A program made the position numbers and the translations under genes. Under the pieces are notes generated by a model. The model saw nothing but the letters and a program-made list of their open reading frames with translations. It made no database searches and was not told the DNA's origin. Of a DNA stretch of 64,000 nucleotides, positions 21,724 to 32,955 are shown in pieces. Origin of the DNA: Emiliania huxleyi CCMP1516. Its lineage: Eukaryota. The DNA is taken from assembly GCF_000372725.1 (NCBI RefSeq), contig NW_005202237.1:186001-250000 (forward strand). The letters run 5' to 3'. Position 1 is the stretch's first letter. Every line of letters starts with the position of its first letter.

Positions 21724-23823
21724 ATGCCGGCCCGCGTCAGCGCCGCAAGCCGCAAGCCGCCGCCTCCGTCGACGCGCGGCGGCGCCGTTCCTGCAAGCAT
21801 TCGGAAGGCGGCCAAGGATGATCAAGCGGGAGCGGTGCTGGCGTGGCTCGACGGCGGCGGGTGGGTCGACGAGACGTTCGAGCACACCTCTGGTGACGGC
21901 TTTTGTGCGAGCGGCATGACCCTGCTGATGGTCGCAATGTGCTATGGCCACGCGGAGTCGGCCGAGGCGCTTCTGCGGCGCGGCGCAGATGTCTCGTTGC
22001 AGAACAGCGACGGCAGCACCGCGCTGAGCCTCGCCGCCACCAACGGCCACGAGAAGCTGGTCGAGCTGGCGTTGCGGCGCGGCGCGGAGATCAATCAGAG
22101 ACGCCGCACGACCGGCGGCACTGCGTTGATGAACGCCACATTAAAAGGTCACGAGTGGGTGGTCGACACGCTGATCCGGCACGGCGCAGAGATCAACCTG
22201 CAGGCCACCGGCAGCAGTTGCTTCACAGCGCTGATGCTCGCCGCCCTCGGCAACCATCCCGCCGTGGTGCTTCGCTTGCTGCGGGCGGGCGCTGACATGA
22301 CACTGCGCACTACGGCGGGCAAGACGGCGCTGCAGATTGCCAAGGAGAAGGGCCACGCCGAATGCGTCGAGGCCTTCAGGACGTATCTCGGCGAGGTGAC
22401 GACGGCGCGCAGCAAGGCGCCGTTGACCGAGGCGGGCGGCGCACGGGCGGGAGGCGCACCCGCAGGCGGGACGGAGGCGGGCGCCAGTGCCGTGGGTTCT
22501 GCCTCGAGCGGCGAGGGCGCGGAGGCCGAGCTGAGCAGCGAGGCGGTGCCTGAGGCGGCTGTGCGAGGCGACGAGTCGCCGGTGCTGTCGTGGCTCGACG
22601 GCGGCGGGCGGGTCGACGCGACGTTCGAGTGCACCTTTGCTTGCGGCTCTCATGGGAGCGGCATGACGCTGCTGATGGTCGCAATGGTCTGCGGCCACGA
22701 GGGGCTGGCCAAGGCGCTGCTCCAGCGCGGTGCGGATGTCTCGTTGCAGACCAGTAACGGCGACACCGCGCTGAGTCTCGCCGCTGTGAACGACCACAAG
22801 AAGCTGGTCGAGCTGGCATTGCGGCACGGCGCGGAGGTCGACCAGAAAGGCCGCAATGGCAGCACTGCGCTGATGGAGGCCGCCTACGAAGGCCACGAGC
22901 GGGTTGTCGACACGCTGGTCCGGCACGGCGCGGAGATCAACCTACAGGACAACGACGGCGACACCGCTCTGACTCTCGCCGCCTACTACGGCCACCCCGC
23001 CGCCCTTCTCTGCCTGCTGCGGGCGGGCGCTGACATGACGCTGCGTGATAAGACGGGCGAGACCGCGCTGCAATCGGCCAAGGAGAGGGGCCACACCGAG
23101 TGCGTGCGCGCCTTCGAGGAGCATGCGGCGGCCAAGGCGGCGGCCGAGAAGGCGGCGAAGGAGGCGGCGTGGGCTGCGGGGGCGGCGGAGAGGGCGGCGG
23201 CGAGGGCGGCGGCGGAGAAGGAGGCGGCGCGGCACGCCGACGAGCTGCTGGCGGAGGTCGAGGCGGAGAAGCGCGCCAAGGGCAAGAAGGGCAAGAAGAA
23301 GAAGAAGGGCGGCGGGAGTGGCAGCGCTGGGCCGTCGCAGGAGTCCGAGGCGCCTTCAGAGGAGGCAGCCGCAGCCAAGCCCGCGAAGCTGGACAGGGAG
23401 GGGTTGATCAGGCTTCTCGAGACGCTCCACGAGGAGCGGATTCGGTACGGCATCACGGCGGAGACGTCGGTCGAGGGATTGGCGGAGGCGCTGGGAGAGG
23501 CGGCGGGCGAGGCGAGCGAGGAGGAGGGCGACGAGGAAGCGGAGGCGGGCGAGGAGGAGGGCGAGGAGGAGGGCGAGGAGGAGAGCGAGGCGAGGGAGGC
23601 GGCCGCGGAGGCGCGACGGAAGGCGGACGCCGAGGCGGCAGCGGCAGCGGCAGCGGCGGCGGAGGAGGAGGAGGCCGCGGCGGCGGAGGAGGCCGAGGCA
23701 CTGGCGGCGGCGGAGGCGGCCGTTGCCGCCGCCAAGGCGAAGCGCGCGGCCCGCACAGCCGCCGCCAGGGCCAGGGCAGAGGCGGCCATGGCGGCAGCAG
23801 AGGCGGCAGCAGAGCTCTCGTAG
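21724..23823 (+). CDS. Ankyrin-repeat protein with a duplicated ankyrin block and Ala/Glu-rich tail
   Basis: Intronless ORF with repeated TLL/TAL...GH...LL..GA ankyrin motifs. The block WLDGGG...GMTLLMVAM occurs twice. Confidence 0.92.
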   Translation: MPARVSAASRKPPPPSTRGGAVPASIRKAAKDDQAGAVLAWLDGGGWVDETFEHTSGDGFCASGMTLLMVAMCYGHAESAEALLRRGADVSLQNSDGSTALSLAATNGHEKLVELALRRGAEINQRRRTTGGTALMNATLKGHEWVVDTLIRHGAEINLQATGSSCFTALMLAALGNHPAVVLRLLRAGADMTLRTTAGKTALQIAKEKGHAECVEAFRTYLGEVTTARSKAPLTEAGGARAGGAPAGGTEAGASAVGSASSGEGAEAELSSEAVPEAAVRGDESPVLSWLDGGGRVDATFECTFACGSHGSGMTLLMVAMVCGHEGLAKALLQRGADVSLQTSNGDTALSLAAVNDHKKLVELALRHGAEVDQKGRNGSTALMEAAYEGHERVVDTLVRHGAEINLQDNDGDTALTLAAYYGHPAALLCLLRAGADMTLRDKTGETALQSAKERGHTECVRAFEEHAAAKAAAEKAAKEAAWAAGAAERAAARAAAEKEAARHADELLAEVEAEKRAKGKKGKKKKKGGGSGSAGPSQESEAPSEEAAAAKPAKLDREGLIRLLETLHEERIRYGITAETSVEGLAEALGEAAGEASEEEGDEEAEAGEEEGEEEGEEESEAREAAAEARRKADAEAAAAAAAAAEEEEAAAAEEAEALAAAEAAVAAAKAKRAARTAAARARAEAAMAAAEAAAELS

Positions 23824-24336
23824 CTCTCACACCTCACGGGAGACGCGCCTTGCTGACACTGTTGCGTGGTTGGGACCCGCCCTGTGGAGCGAGCAAGGGT
23901 CCCCATTTATGTGTTCTACTTACTGTACGGGCCGTGTCTCCAGGCCGGAGGCGACTGTGGTGTGTGGACCCAGGTCCCTGTCGGTCTGTGTGTCTGACAT
24001 GTTGTGCCCAACACTGGCTGGAGATTTTGCGCTCGCTGCTGGACTGCAATCTGCATGTGCATCTCGCAGCAGCTGAGGACCCGTTAGTCATTTGTACAGA
24101 GCAAACGTATAGAACCTGACGGCCGCGACGCCGCCGTGTGGGCCAGTGCCACTGTCGTGTGCCCCCTCGAGACCCGGTCCCCTGCACGTGCACCCCCCCA
24201 GCACGCAGCGACACGAGCAAGTAGCCCCCCCCGCTCTAAGTCCCGCTCTCTCCCCCCCTCTCTCTCCCAACTCCCCCGCGCGCTTTGCTCCCCCGCCCCC
24301 GCCCTCCCGCCAGCGCAGCACTAGACAGAGCAGCCT

Positions 24337-25802
24337 TCAGATCGAGGCCATGGCCTGCTGCGCGCGCGCCTTTTTGAACTGCGAATACATGTAGTAGGCG
24401 CCGCCCCAGATGAGGATATTCCCCGAGCCGAGCACGGCGAGCACGAGGAGCACCTTGCCGAGCGACATGATGGCGGGCATCGCGTCGGCGGGCGTGAGTG
24501 CCTTCGCCTCGTCGAGCATGGCGCGGAAGATGGGGGGCGCGAAGATTGCGACGCAGAGCCGGTCCCACACAAAGGTGCCTAGGATGGAGATGCCGACGAG
24601 GGTCATCAGCTTGTAGCGGAAGGCGTCGTTCGGCATTGGCTCCAGGTGGATGAGCTCGTTGACCTCGGGGAAGATGCCCCACGCGCAGACGGCGCAGCCG
24701 GCGACGGTCGCAAAGACGGAGAGGAAGAGGGGGTGGTTCTCGGAGATGCCCTTCATCCAGGGCCTCCCCTTGTAGTGATCTGTGATCTGTGAGGGTCCGC
24801 CCGCAGGCGCATTTTGTATACCGAGGCGGTGCCCGGTGCCGAACCTGTCGGACCTTAAGACAGCATTGTAGATCCCTGGGCGAGGGTGGTGGCGTCCCCG
24901 TCGGGTCAGGGCTGAAGGCGGGGGAGACCAACCCGATCTCTCCGGCGTCCCGGGAGCGTGATTGACACCTCCCCCCGTGCCAACAGCCCCATGGAGGTAG
25001 GCCGCTCGTCTAGCCAATCAGCCTTAAGCGAGCGGCCTGGCCGTTGGAATGGCCGAGAGTGTCGGCCGGCCGTTCGGTCTCTTCCCCGGGGGGGGCCTCA
25101 ATGACCTAGTTGCCCGGCCGAGAAGGGGAGGACGACTGTCCCTGACGGCGAACCTCAGTTACGAGCCGCCCTCCCCTCGAGACGCGAGGCCAGTGCACTT
25201 GGGGCCAAGCCCCAGCGTACACCGTCCCACACGCCTCACGCGGCCTCTGGCTGGAGCGGGATCGCAAGCGAGTCCCCCAGGCCGGCGCGCGTCTTCCGAG
25301 AGAGGAGCAGGAGCGAGGGACATTCTTAGTAAGCCGGCATGCAGATGCATGCACGGCCGTTCAGAAACTCTCCAGCCGTTGGAATGGCTGCGCTCCCGCC
25401 CCTCACGCCAGGTGGACAAGCGGGGGGGAGGTCAATGACCTGCCTAGTAAGCCGACATGCCAGGCATGCCGACCTTTCGGAGCCCCCCCTCGTAGACGTG
25501 TGCCGCTGGGATCATTCCAGTACGCCCGAGGGCGACGGTCCCCCGGTAGTAGACGTTGGCGCCGAAGAGGGGGGAGTCGCCGAAGGACGGGTAGTCGTCG
25601 GTCATGCGGGGGAAGGAGGAGTCGGCGAGCAGCAGGGAGGAGAAATGCCTGAGAGGGTGGGGAGGGAGGCGTGAGGCGCGAGGTGAGGGGGCGCGGGGCG
25701 CGGGGCGTGCGTGGGACGCGAGGCGTGAGGCGCAGGGCGTGAGGCGGGAGGCGCGGGGCGCTCGAGGTTGGGGCAGGGTGTGTTGTGTGTGTATATGTGT
25801 GT

Positions 25803-25839
<37 letters not shown>

Positions 25840-27335
25840 TTTGTTTGTGCGAGGGCAGGGCAGGGCAGGGCGGGGCGGCGGCGAGCGGCGAGCGGCGTCG
25901 GCGAGATCGGCGACGAAGAGAGGCGATGGTGACGTACACGGCGGCAGTGTTCACGGCAGCAGCGCCGGTGGCGGCCCCGCGCAGCGGCGGCGGCGCCCTG
26001 AGTGAGGCAGACTGCCCTGCACAGCCTGCTGGGAACGCTCCCGACGAGCGGCGAGCCATGCGGGCCCGCCGCGGGCGACGCGGGCGGCGAGCCGACACGC
26101 GTGTCGCAGGCGTAGACAGCACTGGCGAAGCGAGGCGGCCGGCGCCGGCCCCGGAGGCGGCTGCAGTAAGAGCAGCGAGGCAGAAGTCACTGTCCAAGGC
26201 GTACTGAGCAGGCTGCCATCGAGCAGCGCGCCATGCGGGCCTGCCGCCGGCGACGAGATTGGAGAGCCGACAGGCATCAAAGAGGTAGGTACTGAGGAGG
26301 GCCATCGCGCCCGAGGCGGTCCGCGCCGGCCCTGCAGGCCGTCTCAGAGAGCCTGGCGAGGCTGTACAGAATGCCAAGAGCATACTGAGCAGGCTGCCGT
26401 CGAGCGACGAGCCATGCTGGCTCGTCGCAGGCGATGAGGTCGAGGAGCCGATCGGAGCGTCGCAGAGGCTGCCGACCACTGCCGTTCGCCCTCGGGCCCA
26501 GGGGTGGAAGGCAAGCTTCCTGGCGTTTCTGGCGAGCGTCCAGACGTCGCAGAGCATCCGGCAGGCGCGCAGCGACCCAAATTTTTGCTCACCGCACGGC
26601 CGTGCGAGCCGTCGGTCGGTGGTGATGGTCGGCGTCGGCGCGCGCCGCCCAACGCGGCGGCGGTGGGCGTCATGTGGCGGGCGTGGGAAAGAGCATCATT
26701 GTCCGAATTGCGGCGGACGTCGTTCGTCCCCTAGTAGTTGACGAGCAGCACGCCGATGCACTGCGCCGTCTCGACGAGGAAGACGCACGTGTTGAGCAGG
26801 TTGGGCATGAAGGGCGTCGTCCACAGCGCCATCGCCTGCGCCATGTAGTCGCCCTCCTCCGAGGCGGCTTGCTGCGCCTCCTCCTTCAGCTCGCGCAAGC
26901 GCTCGCGCCGGAAGAACTCGACGACCTCCTGCAGCCGCTCGGGGCCCATCTCGTCGCGCGCCATGTTGACGGCCGCGCGCATCGCGAAGAGGTGCAGCAC
27001 CGCCTGCCCAAACATCGAGAAGAAGATGGCCGGGTGGAAGAGCGACCGGAGCGGCCGCTGCGGGTGCATCTGCTGGATGGGGGTGGCGTACGAGAAGGCG
27101 AGCTGCGCAATCATGAGCAGCCACGAGGAGGCGATCATCTGCCGCTCCGACGAGCGCGCGCCCTCGAGCGAGAGCGCCGACAGCACGTACGCCGAGATGA
27201 GGCTCTCGAGCATCATGATCTGCTGCTGCTGCAGCGCGGAGAGCAGCGTGCAGCGGCCCTGCCGCACCAGGTCGACGATGTTGCGCACCGACGGCGAGCG
27301 CGACGTGAAGGGCGAGGCGGACGGCGTGCCGTCCC
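24337..27335 (-). pseudogene. P5A-type ATPase (ATP13A1/Spf1-like) C-terminal fragment, split by a 1.96-kb insertion
   Basis: ASPFTSRSPSV...RQGRCTL...LISAYVLSAL...FMPNLLNTCVFL...VNY (26734-27335) continues as KGRPWMKGISEN... (24337-24771). No upstream P-domain sequence is visible. Confidence 0.85.
24777..26733 (-). mobile_element. 1957-bp insertion with 5-bp target-site duplication, possibly a non-autonomous retroelement
   Basis: GTAGT at 24772-24776 and 26734-26738 flanks the insert. On the minus strand it ends in (CACAGAT)2C. It contains a (GT)n tract and has no TIRs or GT-AG ends. Confidence 0.75.
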
Positions 27336-29105
27336 CCCCCCCTGGAGCCTCGGCCGCCGCACCCCGCCGTCCGCGCCCCGCCGCCACCCCCTCCGTCACG
27401 GCACACGCCGGCACCACCGCTACTACCGCTGGCTCCGCCCTAGACGCCGCCGACCGCTCGCAAGAGCGGCGAGCCCGCGGCCGACATCCTTCTGACGGTC
27501 GACGGCTACTTTCGAGGCTTTGTGGCTTTTTAAGAGGGGTCCAGCAGCTCGGGGGGTGCGCGCTGGATGGCCGGCGCGGTGGAGCAGCGGCGCGGAGCCG
27601 GGGGTGCGATGTGCGGCCGTCGGTGGCGCGACACGCGGCCTCCGGCGGCGATTCGCCGCGGCTCCGGCGGTGCGATTTTTGTGCGTTTTCGAAGGCTGTG
27701 GGCGGGATAAGGCCGGCTAGACCGGCCCTGGTGTGCCCTAGTGTGTTCCCTTACACCCCTGGCCCGGGAGCAGTAGCGCGGCGCGCGTCCCGAGGGCGTA
27801 GGGGCTCAAAAAACAATTTATTATGTTTTCAGCCACTTAGAGCACACAGTGGTAGCCATTTTTAGGCTTCAACTGGTCCCAAAATAGTAGCAACACCTCA
27901 TGGAAATCAGTCAAAAAAGCCCCAAAAAATCGGCGCCTGCGGCGGCGGGCGGGCTTCCTGGGGCTGCGCCCCAGACCCCCTTGACTGGGGGGGACCCCCC
28001 CGAGAGCACCCCCGGTCGCCCCCGGGGGCCCGTCGACTACCCAGGGCTACACAATGTCCGCCCCCCTGCCCTTGTGGGCTGCCAATTTTAGATGGGTGCA
28101 GCCCGTCCGTGCGTCCAACGGCGCTGGGATCCACGGAAAGCGCCAGCAACCGCCTGACCGCCTGACTCTCGCAGGCCGCATTCGGCTGCGTGCGTCGACT
28201 CATGTTGGGGGCTTGGTCGCCACGCAGTGTCGGGCACAAGAATTCAATGAGGAGGCCGTTTGTTATGACCCCCCCCCAATGAACACACCAGTGAGGGAGG
28301 GCGAGACGGTCGAGGGGTCCCGTACCACGCGGAATCGACCCTATCCAGTGCTCAAGTGCTCAATGAGGAGGCCCGATCTCGATGTAACAGGATCGCCGCT
28401 CCGACCGCCAGCGTGGAGAAGCGGGCTATCATTGCAGGACCTTGCACTCTGCGGTGGGCCTTGCACTCTCTCAGCCACCGCACGTGCTCACCCGCAGCGC
28501 TGCCGGGCGTGCCCATCAAATGCGCCGCCGCTGGACGTCTCCGCCGCCTCCAAGGCGACCGACGCCACGTGATATGCGCGACCACCGTGAGAGGTCTGGA
28601 CGGCTCGCTGCGACCTCAAGGCCAGCCTCGCCGCCCGCCGTGAGCGCCAAAAAAGCGTCAACCGCGCAACCGCGCAACCGAGAGAGAGCCGCCGAGACGC
28701 TTCAGCGACCCGCCAGGAGCCGGGCCGAGGCCTGTCCGAAGCCGCATGCCGCTCGAGTCGGTCGCCTGGAGCACCCTGGGAGGCGCCCGTCGAAGCAAAG
28801 CTGTGCTGGGGAGAGAGAGAGAATTCTTGATACGAAACCACGACGACACACACCAGTCGACTCGCATCGGTTGCCTCCATGAACGGCGGAGCTATTCTCG
28901 CGCCCACACCACACCTGGCTCCAACGTGGACACGCCCATAGCTGGTTCTCTCTCTCTCTCTCTCTCTCTGCTGGGGACACGGCCGGATCAGACTTGAACC
29001 GTCTCGAGGTCTTGAGGTCCGTGCGAAGCCGCCCAGTGCTGCACCCAGTGCAAGGAGCCCGAACCAGCAGACAGGGACGACAAGTGGGTGAAGGCCTACA
29101 AAAAT

Positions 29106-32100
29106 ATGGCGGCCTGTAGCGCGTACGCACACTGCGCCTCTCTCGCCGGTGACTGCTGCCCCACGACCGGCGGAGTCGTCCTCGACTGCTGCGGACTGCC
29201 GGCGTTGCCGTTGCCAAGCATTTCGCCGAGCTCACCGCTCCACAACTTCGTGCCGGTACGCCGGAGCGAGGGCAAAGGCAAGGGCAAACCCGCCCGAGGG
29301 CAAAGGCCGCCGCAATTGGCACCTCTGTCGGGTGACGTCTTTGGTGGCCCGCCGCTGAGCGAGTGCAGTGGGCCGGCTGACCATTGCTCGCCCTTTCCGC
29401 CAGTCGACCACCCGCTCTCGCCCGGGGCGGTGTGGGGTCTGCGCCGCTCTTCGCCTCCGCTGCCGACTCACGAATGGTGGATGGGCCTTGCGCTCAGTGC
29501 GCCGCCGGCGGGCGCGGCCGAGGCGCCGCCGGGCAGCGCGGCGTTCGACATGCTTCCGTTCGTGGTGGAGGTGCGGCGCGGCGGGCTGTGGGCGTCGTTG
29601 CCTCGCGAGCCCGAATCGCCAGAGGTCGCCGTCGTCGGCGTCCTTTCGCGCGAGCGCGGGGTGCGTCTCGGCTGCGCCGGCCGCGCCGCCTCGAGCTACC
29701 GCATCGTCGCGTGGGACGCACTGTCAGTGAGTGTCGAGTGGCGCGCAGAGGGAGGGGAGGGAGGCGGAGGGGAGGCGGCTCTCTACCGCGCGCCTCTGGT
29801 GCGGGGCATGCCATACGCCACGGTGAGCTACGGCTCCGGGGCGTGCCGCGCGCCGCTGGTCGAGTTCTTGCACGGCTCCATCCTCTCGCTCAACGGGCAG
29901 GCCGCCGCGGCGGGACGCCTCGAGGCGTCTGGCACGCGGTTCGAGGTGCGTCTCGACACGGGTGTCCGGTGGCTCCTCTACGCCTCACAGCCTCTCTCCC
30001 TCGCCACCTCCGGCGCCGCAACCCTGGAGGCGGCCGGCGGAGGCGGCGGCGGAGACGGAGGCGGCGGAGGCGGAGGAGGCGAGGCGGGAGGAGGGTTCGA
30101 GGGCAGCTTGCGGGCGGTGATCGCCGACTCGGACGCGGCCGCTGCTGTCCTCGACCGCCACGCACGACGCGTCCCGCTCTCGGCCGCCGCCGCTTCGCAG
30201 GGCTCTGCAGTTTCGCAGGGCTCTGCAGCTTCGCAGGGCTCTGCCGCCGCCGCTGCGGGCTCTGCCGCCGCTGCTGCGGGCTCTGCCGCCGCCGCTGGCC
30301 TTCCAGGGGTCGGTGCGACGGTCGACGGGGTCGGGGACGGCGCGCACGGGCGGCTCCGCTTCGCGTGGAGGAGCGAGGGGGAAGGGGCGCTGCTGATGAT
30401 GGCGCTGCCGCACCAGCTTGCCGGCCTCGCCGCCGCCGCCGAAAAGGGCGGGTGGGCGGGGGAGCTGCTGCCGGAGCTGGCGCAGTGGAGCGCCAAAGGC
30501 ACCTCGCTCGGCGTGGCGAGTGACGACGGAGCGTGGACCCAGCGCCTCCCCCTCGGACCTGCGGTGCGGTGGGGGGCGGCCCGCCCTCCCGCCGCCAGCC
30601 GCGTGCCTCGGCTGCGCGCCGCGCTGCGTGCCGACGCGGCGAGCAAGCGGGTCGCGGCGGCAGACTCCTACGGGACCGGCAAGGAGGTTGGCGCGCTCGG
30701 CCGGCTGGCCCTCATCGCCGACGAGCTGGGCGAGGCCGACGCCGCCGCCACCGTGCGAGGCCGCCTCGCCGCCGCGCTCGACGCTTGGCTCGATTGCGAC
30801 GGCGGGAAGGCGCCGTGCCGTTTCTCGTACGACCGCAGCTGGGGCGGCGTCGTGCCAACTGAGGCGCTCGCCGATCCGGCCGCCTCCTTCGGCGTCGGCT
30901 GGCACAACGATAAGCACTTCCACTACGGCTACTTCCTGTACGCCGCCGCGGCGCTCGGGCGCGCCAACACGACGTGGCTCGCCGCCCGCACGCCCGCGCT
31001 GCTCACCTTGGTCGCGGACGTCGCAAGCCCGAGCGCCTCCGACCGGCGCTTCCCGCCGCTGCGCCACTTTGATGCGTTCTGCGGCCACTCTTGGGCGCTG
31101 GGCCTCTTCGCCTCCTCGGCGGGGCGCAACCAGGAGAGCGTGTCTGAGGCGCTCAACGCGTGGCACGGCATCGCCCTCCTCGGCCTCGCGTTGCGCAACG
31201 AGCGCCTGGTTTCGCTCGGCCGCCTGCTGGCTGCGGTAGAGACGCAGGCCGCGGCCGTCTACTACCACGCCGGGGCGAGTCCCGTCGCCTGGGGCTCGGC
31301 GTCGTTCGTGCCGCGCGTGTACCCGCCTCGCTGGCCGCGCGACGGCGTGGTCGGCAACTTGTGGGGGCTCAAGGCCGAGGCGTCGACTTGGTTCGGGCGG
31401 GAGGACTACTTCATCTTTGGCATCCAGGTGATCCCGCTCACGCCCCAGGCGTCGGAGCCGCTGCTCGACCAGAAATGGGTTGCCGCCAGCAGGGCCAGCT
31501 GGGAGACGTCGATGCGCAGACTGCCGGCAAAAGACGAGACGTGGAGGGCGTTTCTCGTCGCAATGCTTGCGGTGGTCGACAGCGGCGCGGCGTGGCAGCG
31601 CGCAGAGTCGCTGGGCGCACTCGACGCCGGCATGACACTCACCAATTTGCTGCACTGGATCGCGACGCGGCCGCCGCCGGCGGGGGCAGCCGCGGGCGCG
31701 TCGCAGCCGACGCTCGCCCCGCCGGCCGAAGAGAAGCTGGAGGCCCAAGCGCGAGTGGAGGGTGAAGAGCGGCTGGAGGCCGCGTTGCCGGCCGCCGTGC
31801 GGGTCTTCGGCACCTTCACCGAAGACGAGGTGCTCGAGGCTGCCGCTACGGCGGGCGGCGCGCTCCTCGTGTCGGCAGTCGTGGTTGGGATGTGGTTGTG
31901 GGCGGCGGGGCGCCAGCGCGCACGGCTCGGCCCGCTCGCGTCTCGGGCGGGCAGGGATGTGGACTTTGCCGCGTGGCTCGCCCTCGGCGGACCGACCGGC
32001 AACGAGCTCGCCGCGACGCCGCCGACGCGGGGCTCTGCGCGGCGCTCCGGCAGCCGCGGCAGCCGAGCGGCCCAGTCCAGCTGCTGCAACAGCGCCAGCG

Positions 32101-32273
32101 TGCACGGCGCCAGCCTGCACGGCGCTTTCGAGCGCTCCCTCGCGTCGGACGCAGCCTCGGCGCAGCTCGTGCAGCATTTCAAGGTGACGCCGACCTCGGG
32201 CTCGGCCAGCGCGGCGCAACGGTACCAGCAGCTGGAAATCGGGACCGACTCGGCGCCATCCAGTCCACACTGA
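29106..32273 (+). CDS. Endo-1,3-beta-glucanase, glycoside hydrolase family 81, with N-terminal Cys-rich module and C-terminal transmembrane helix
   Basis: PLPTHEWW, LVRGMPYATV, DSYGTGK, HNDKHFHYGYFLYAAA, FPPLRHFD..GHSWA.G, RNQESVSEA and GIQVIPLTP. TM segment ALLVSAVVVGMWLWAA. Confidence 0.92.
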   Translation: MAACSAYAHCASLAGDCCPTTGGVVLDCCGLPALPLPSISPSSPLHNFVPVRRSEGKGKGKPARGQRPPQLAPLSGDVFGGPPLSECSGPADHCSPFPPVDHPLSPGAVWGLRRSSPPLPTHEWWMGLALSAPPAGAAEAPPGSAAFDMLPFVVEVRRGGLWASLPREPESPEVAVVGVLSRERGVRLGCAGRAASSYRIVAWDALSVSVEWRAEGGEGGGGEAALYRAPLVRGMPYATVSYGSGACRAPLVEFLHGSILSLNGQAAAAGRLEASGTRFEVRLDTGVRWLLYASQPLSLATSGAATLEAAGGGGGGDGGGGGGGGEAGGGFEGSLRAVIADSDAAAAVLDRHARRVPLSAAAASQGSAVSQGSAASQGSAAAAAGSAAAAAGSAAAAGLPGVGATVDGVGDGAHGRLRFAWRSEGEGALLMMALPHQLAGLAAAAEKGGWAGELLPELAQWSAKGTSLGVASDDGAWTQRLPLGPAVRWGAARPPAASRVPRLRAALRADAASKRVAAADSYGTGKEVGALGRLALIADELGEADAAATVRGRLAAALDAWLDCDGGKAPCRFSYDRSWGGVVPTEALADPAASFGVGWHNDKHFHYGYFLYAAAALGRANTTWLAARTPALLTLVADVASPSASDRRFPPLRHFDAFCGHSWALGLFASSAGRNQESVSEALNAWHGIALLGLALRNERLVSLGRLLAAVETQAAAVYYHAGASPVAWGSASFVPRVYPPRWPRDGVVGNLWGLKAEASTWFGREDYFIFGIQVIPLTPQASEPLLDQKWVAASRASWETSMRRLPAKDETWRAFLVAMLAVVDSGAAWQRAESLGALDAGMTLTNLLHWIATRPPPAGAAAGASQPTLAPPAEEKLEAQARVEGEERLEAALPAAVRVFGTFTEDEVLEAAATAGGALLVSAVVVGMWLWAAGRQRARLGPLASRAGRDVDFAAWLALGGPTGNELAATPPTRGSARRSGSRGSRAAQSSCCNSASVHGASLHGAFERSLASDAASAQLVQHFKVTPTSGSASAAQRYQQLEIGTDSAPSSPH

Positions 32274-32760
32274 GTGTTGCGCTTTGTTGGACTCCTCGCG
32301 CGTGCCTCAAGGAACACACGAGCGAGCGGCGCCGCGTTTTGCTAGATCCTAGAATATACTCTCTCGGTCGTCTCTCGATCGAGTGTGTCATCGCGCAAAT
32401 CCTAGTGTGTCGCGCCGGGTACTTGGATGGGGCGAATCGCTGCCCCCTTCCCCCCACACCCCCCAGCGTCCATGGATGGATGCTTGCTTGGACCCCCCCA
32501 GGGAGATACCCCCCAGGGTGGAGGGGAGGGATGGGAGCCCAGCGCCAGGGGAGACGAAAGAAGGGCGAGGAGGACGAGCGGCCCGCACAGACCGCGCCGA
32601 GCAGACAGCGCCTGCTGGCCGTCTCGAGACATTCGCAAAGAACGCTAGCTACATGGGAGGGCTTCGTGAAGGATGGATTGAAAAACATTCGAACGAAGAA
32701 GAGGCGACGGGCCGACGGGAGGAACCCCGGCAGAGGATGCAGTGACGTGACCCCCCCCCT

Positions 32761-32784
32761 CACACACACAGACACACACACACA

Positions 32785-32864
<80 letters not shown>
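32761..32864. repeat. (CA)n microsatellite
   Basis: Direct inspection. Confidence 0.98.
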
Positions 32865-32866
<2 letters not shown>

Positions 32867-32955
32867 ACCGCTCACCCACGCGCACTGGGCCTTGCACTTT
32901 GAATGCCGTGAACTCCGTTCCCTCCTCCGCTCCCTCCTCTCTCCGCCCTCGTCAG

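Noticed and set aside
24777..26733. Large intron in P5A ATPase
   Set aside because: No GT/GC-AG boundaries restore the frame, and a 5-bp TSD is present instead.
8810..27950. 19-kb giant transposon bounded by the inverted CCGCCGCAGGCGCCGATTTTTT motif
   Set aside because: The match is only ~22 bp, with no extended TIR or TSD; two independent TE remnants are more likely.
29985..32270. 761-aa antisense ORF and similar long shadow ORFs throughout
   Set aside because: Antisense or alternative-frame shadows of real genes caused by high GC3.
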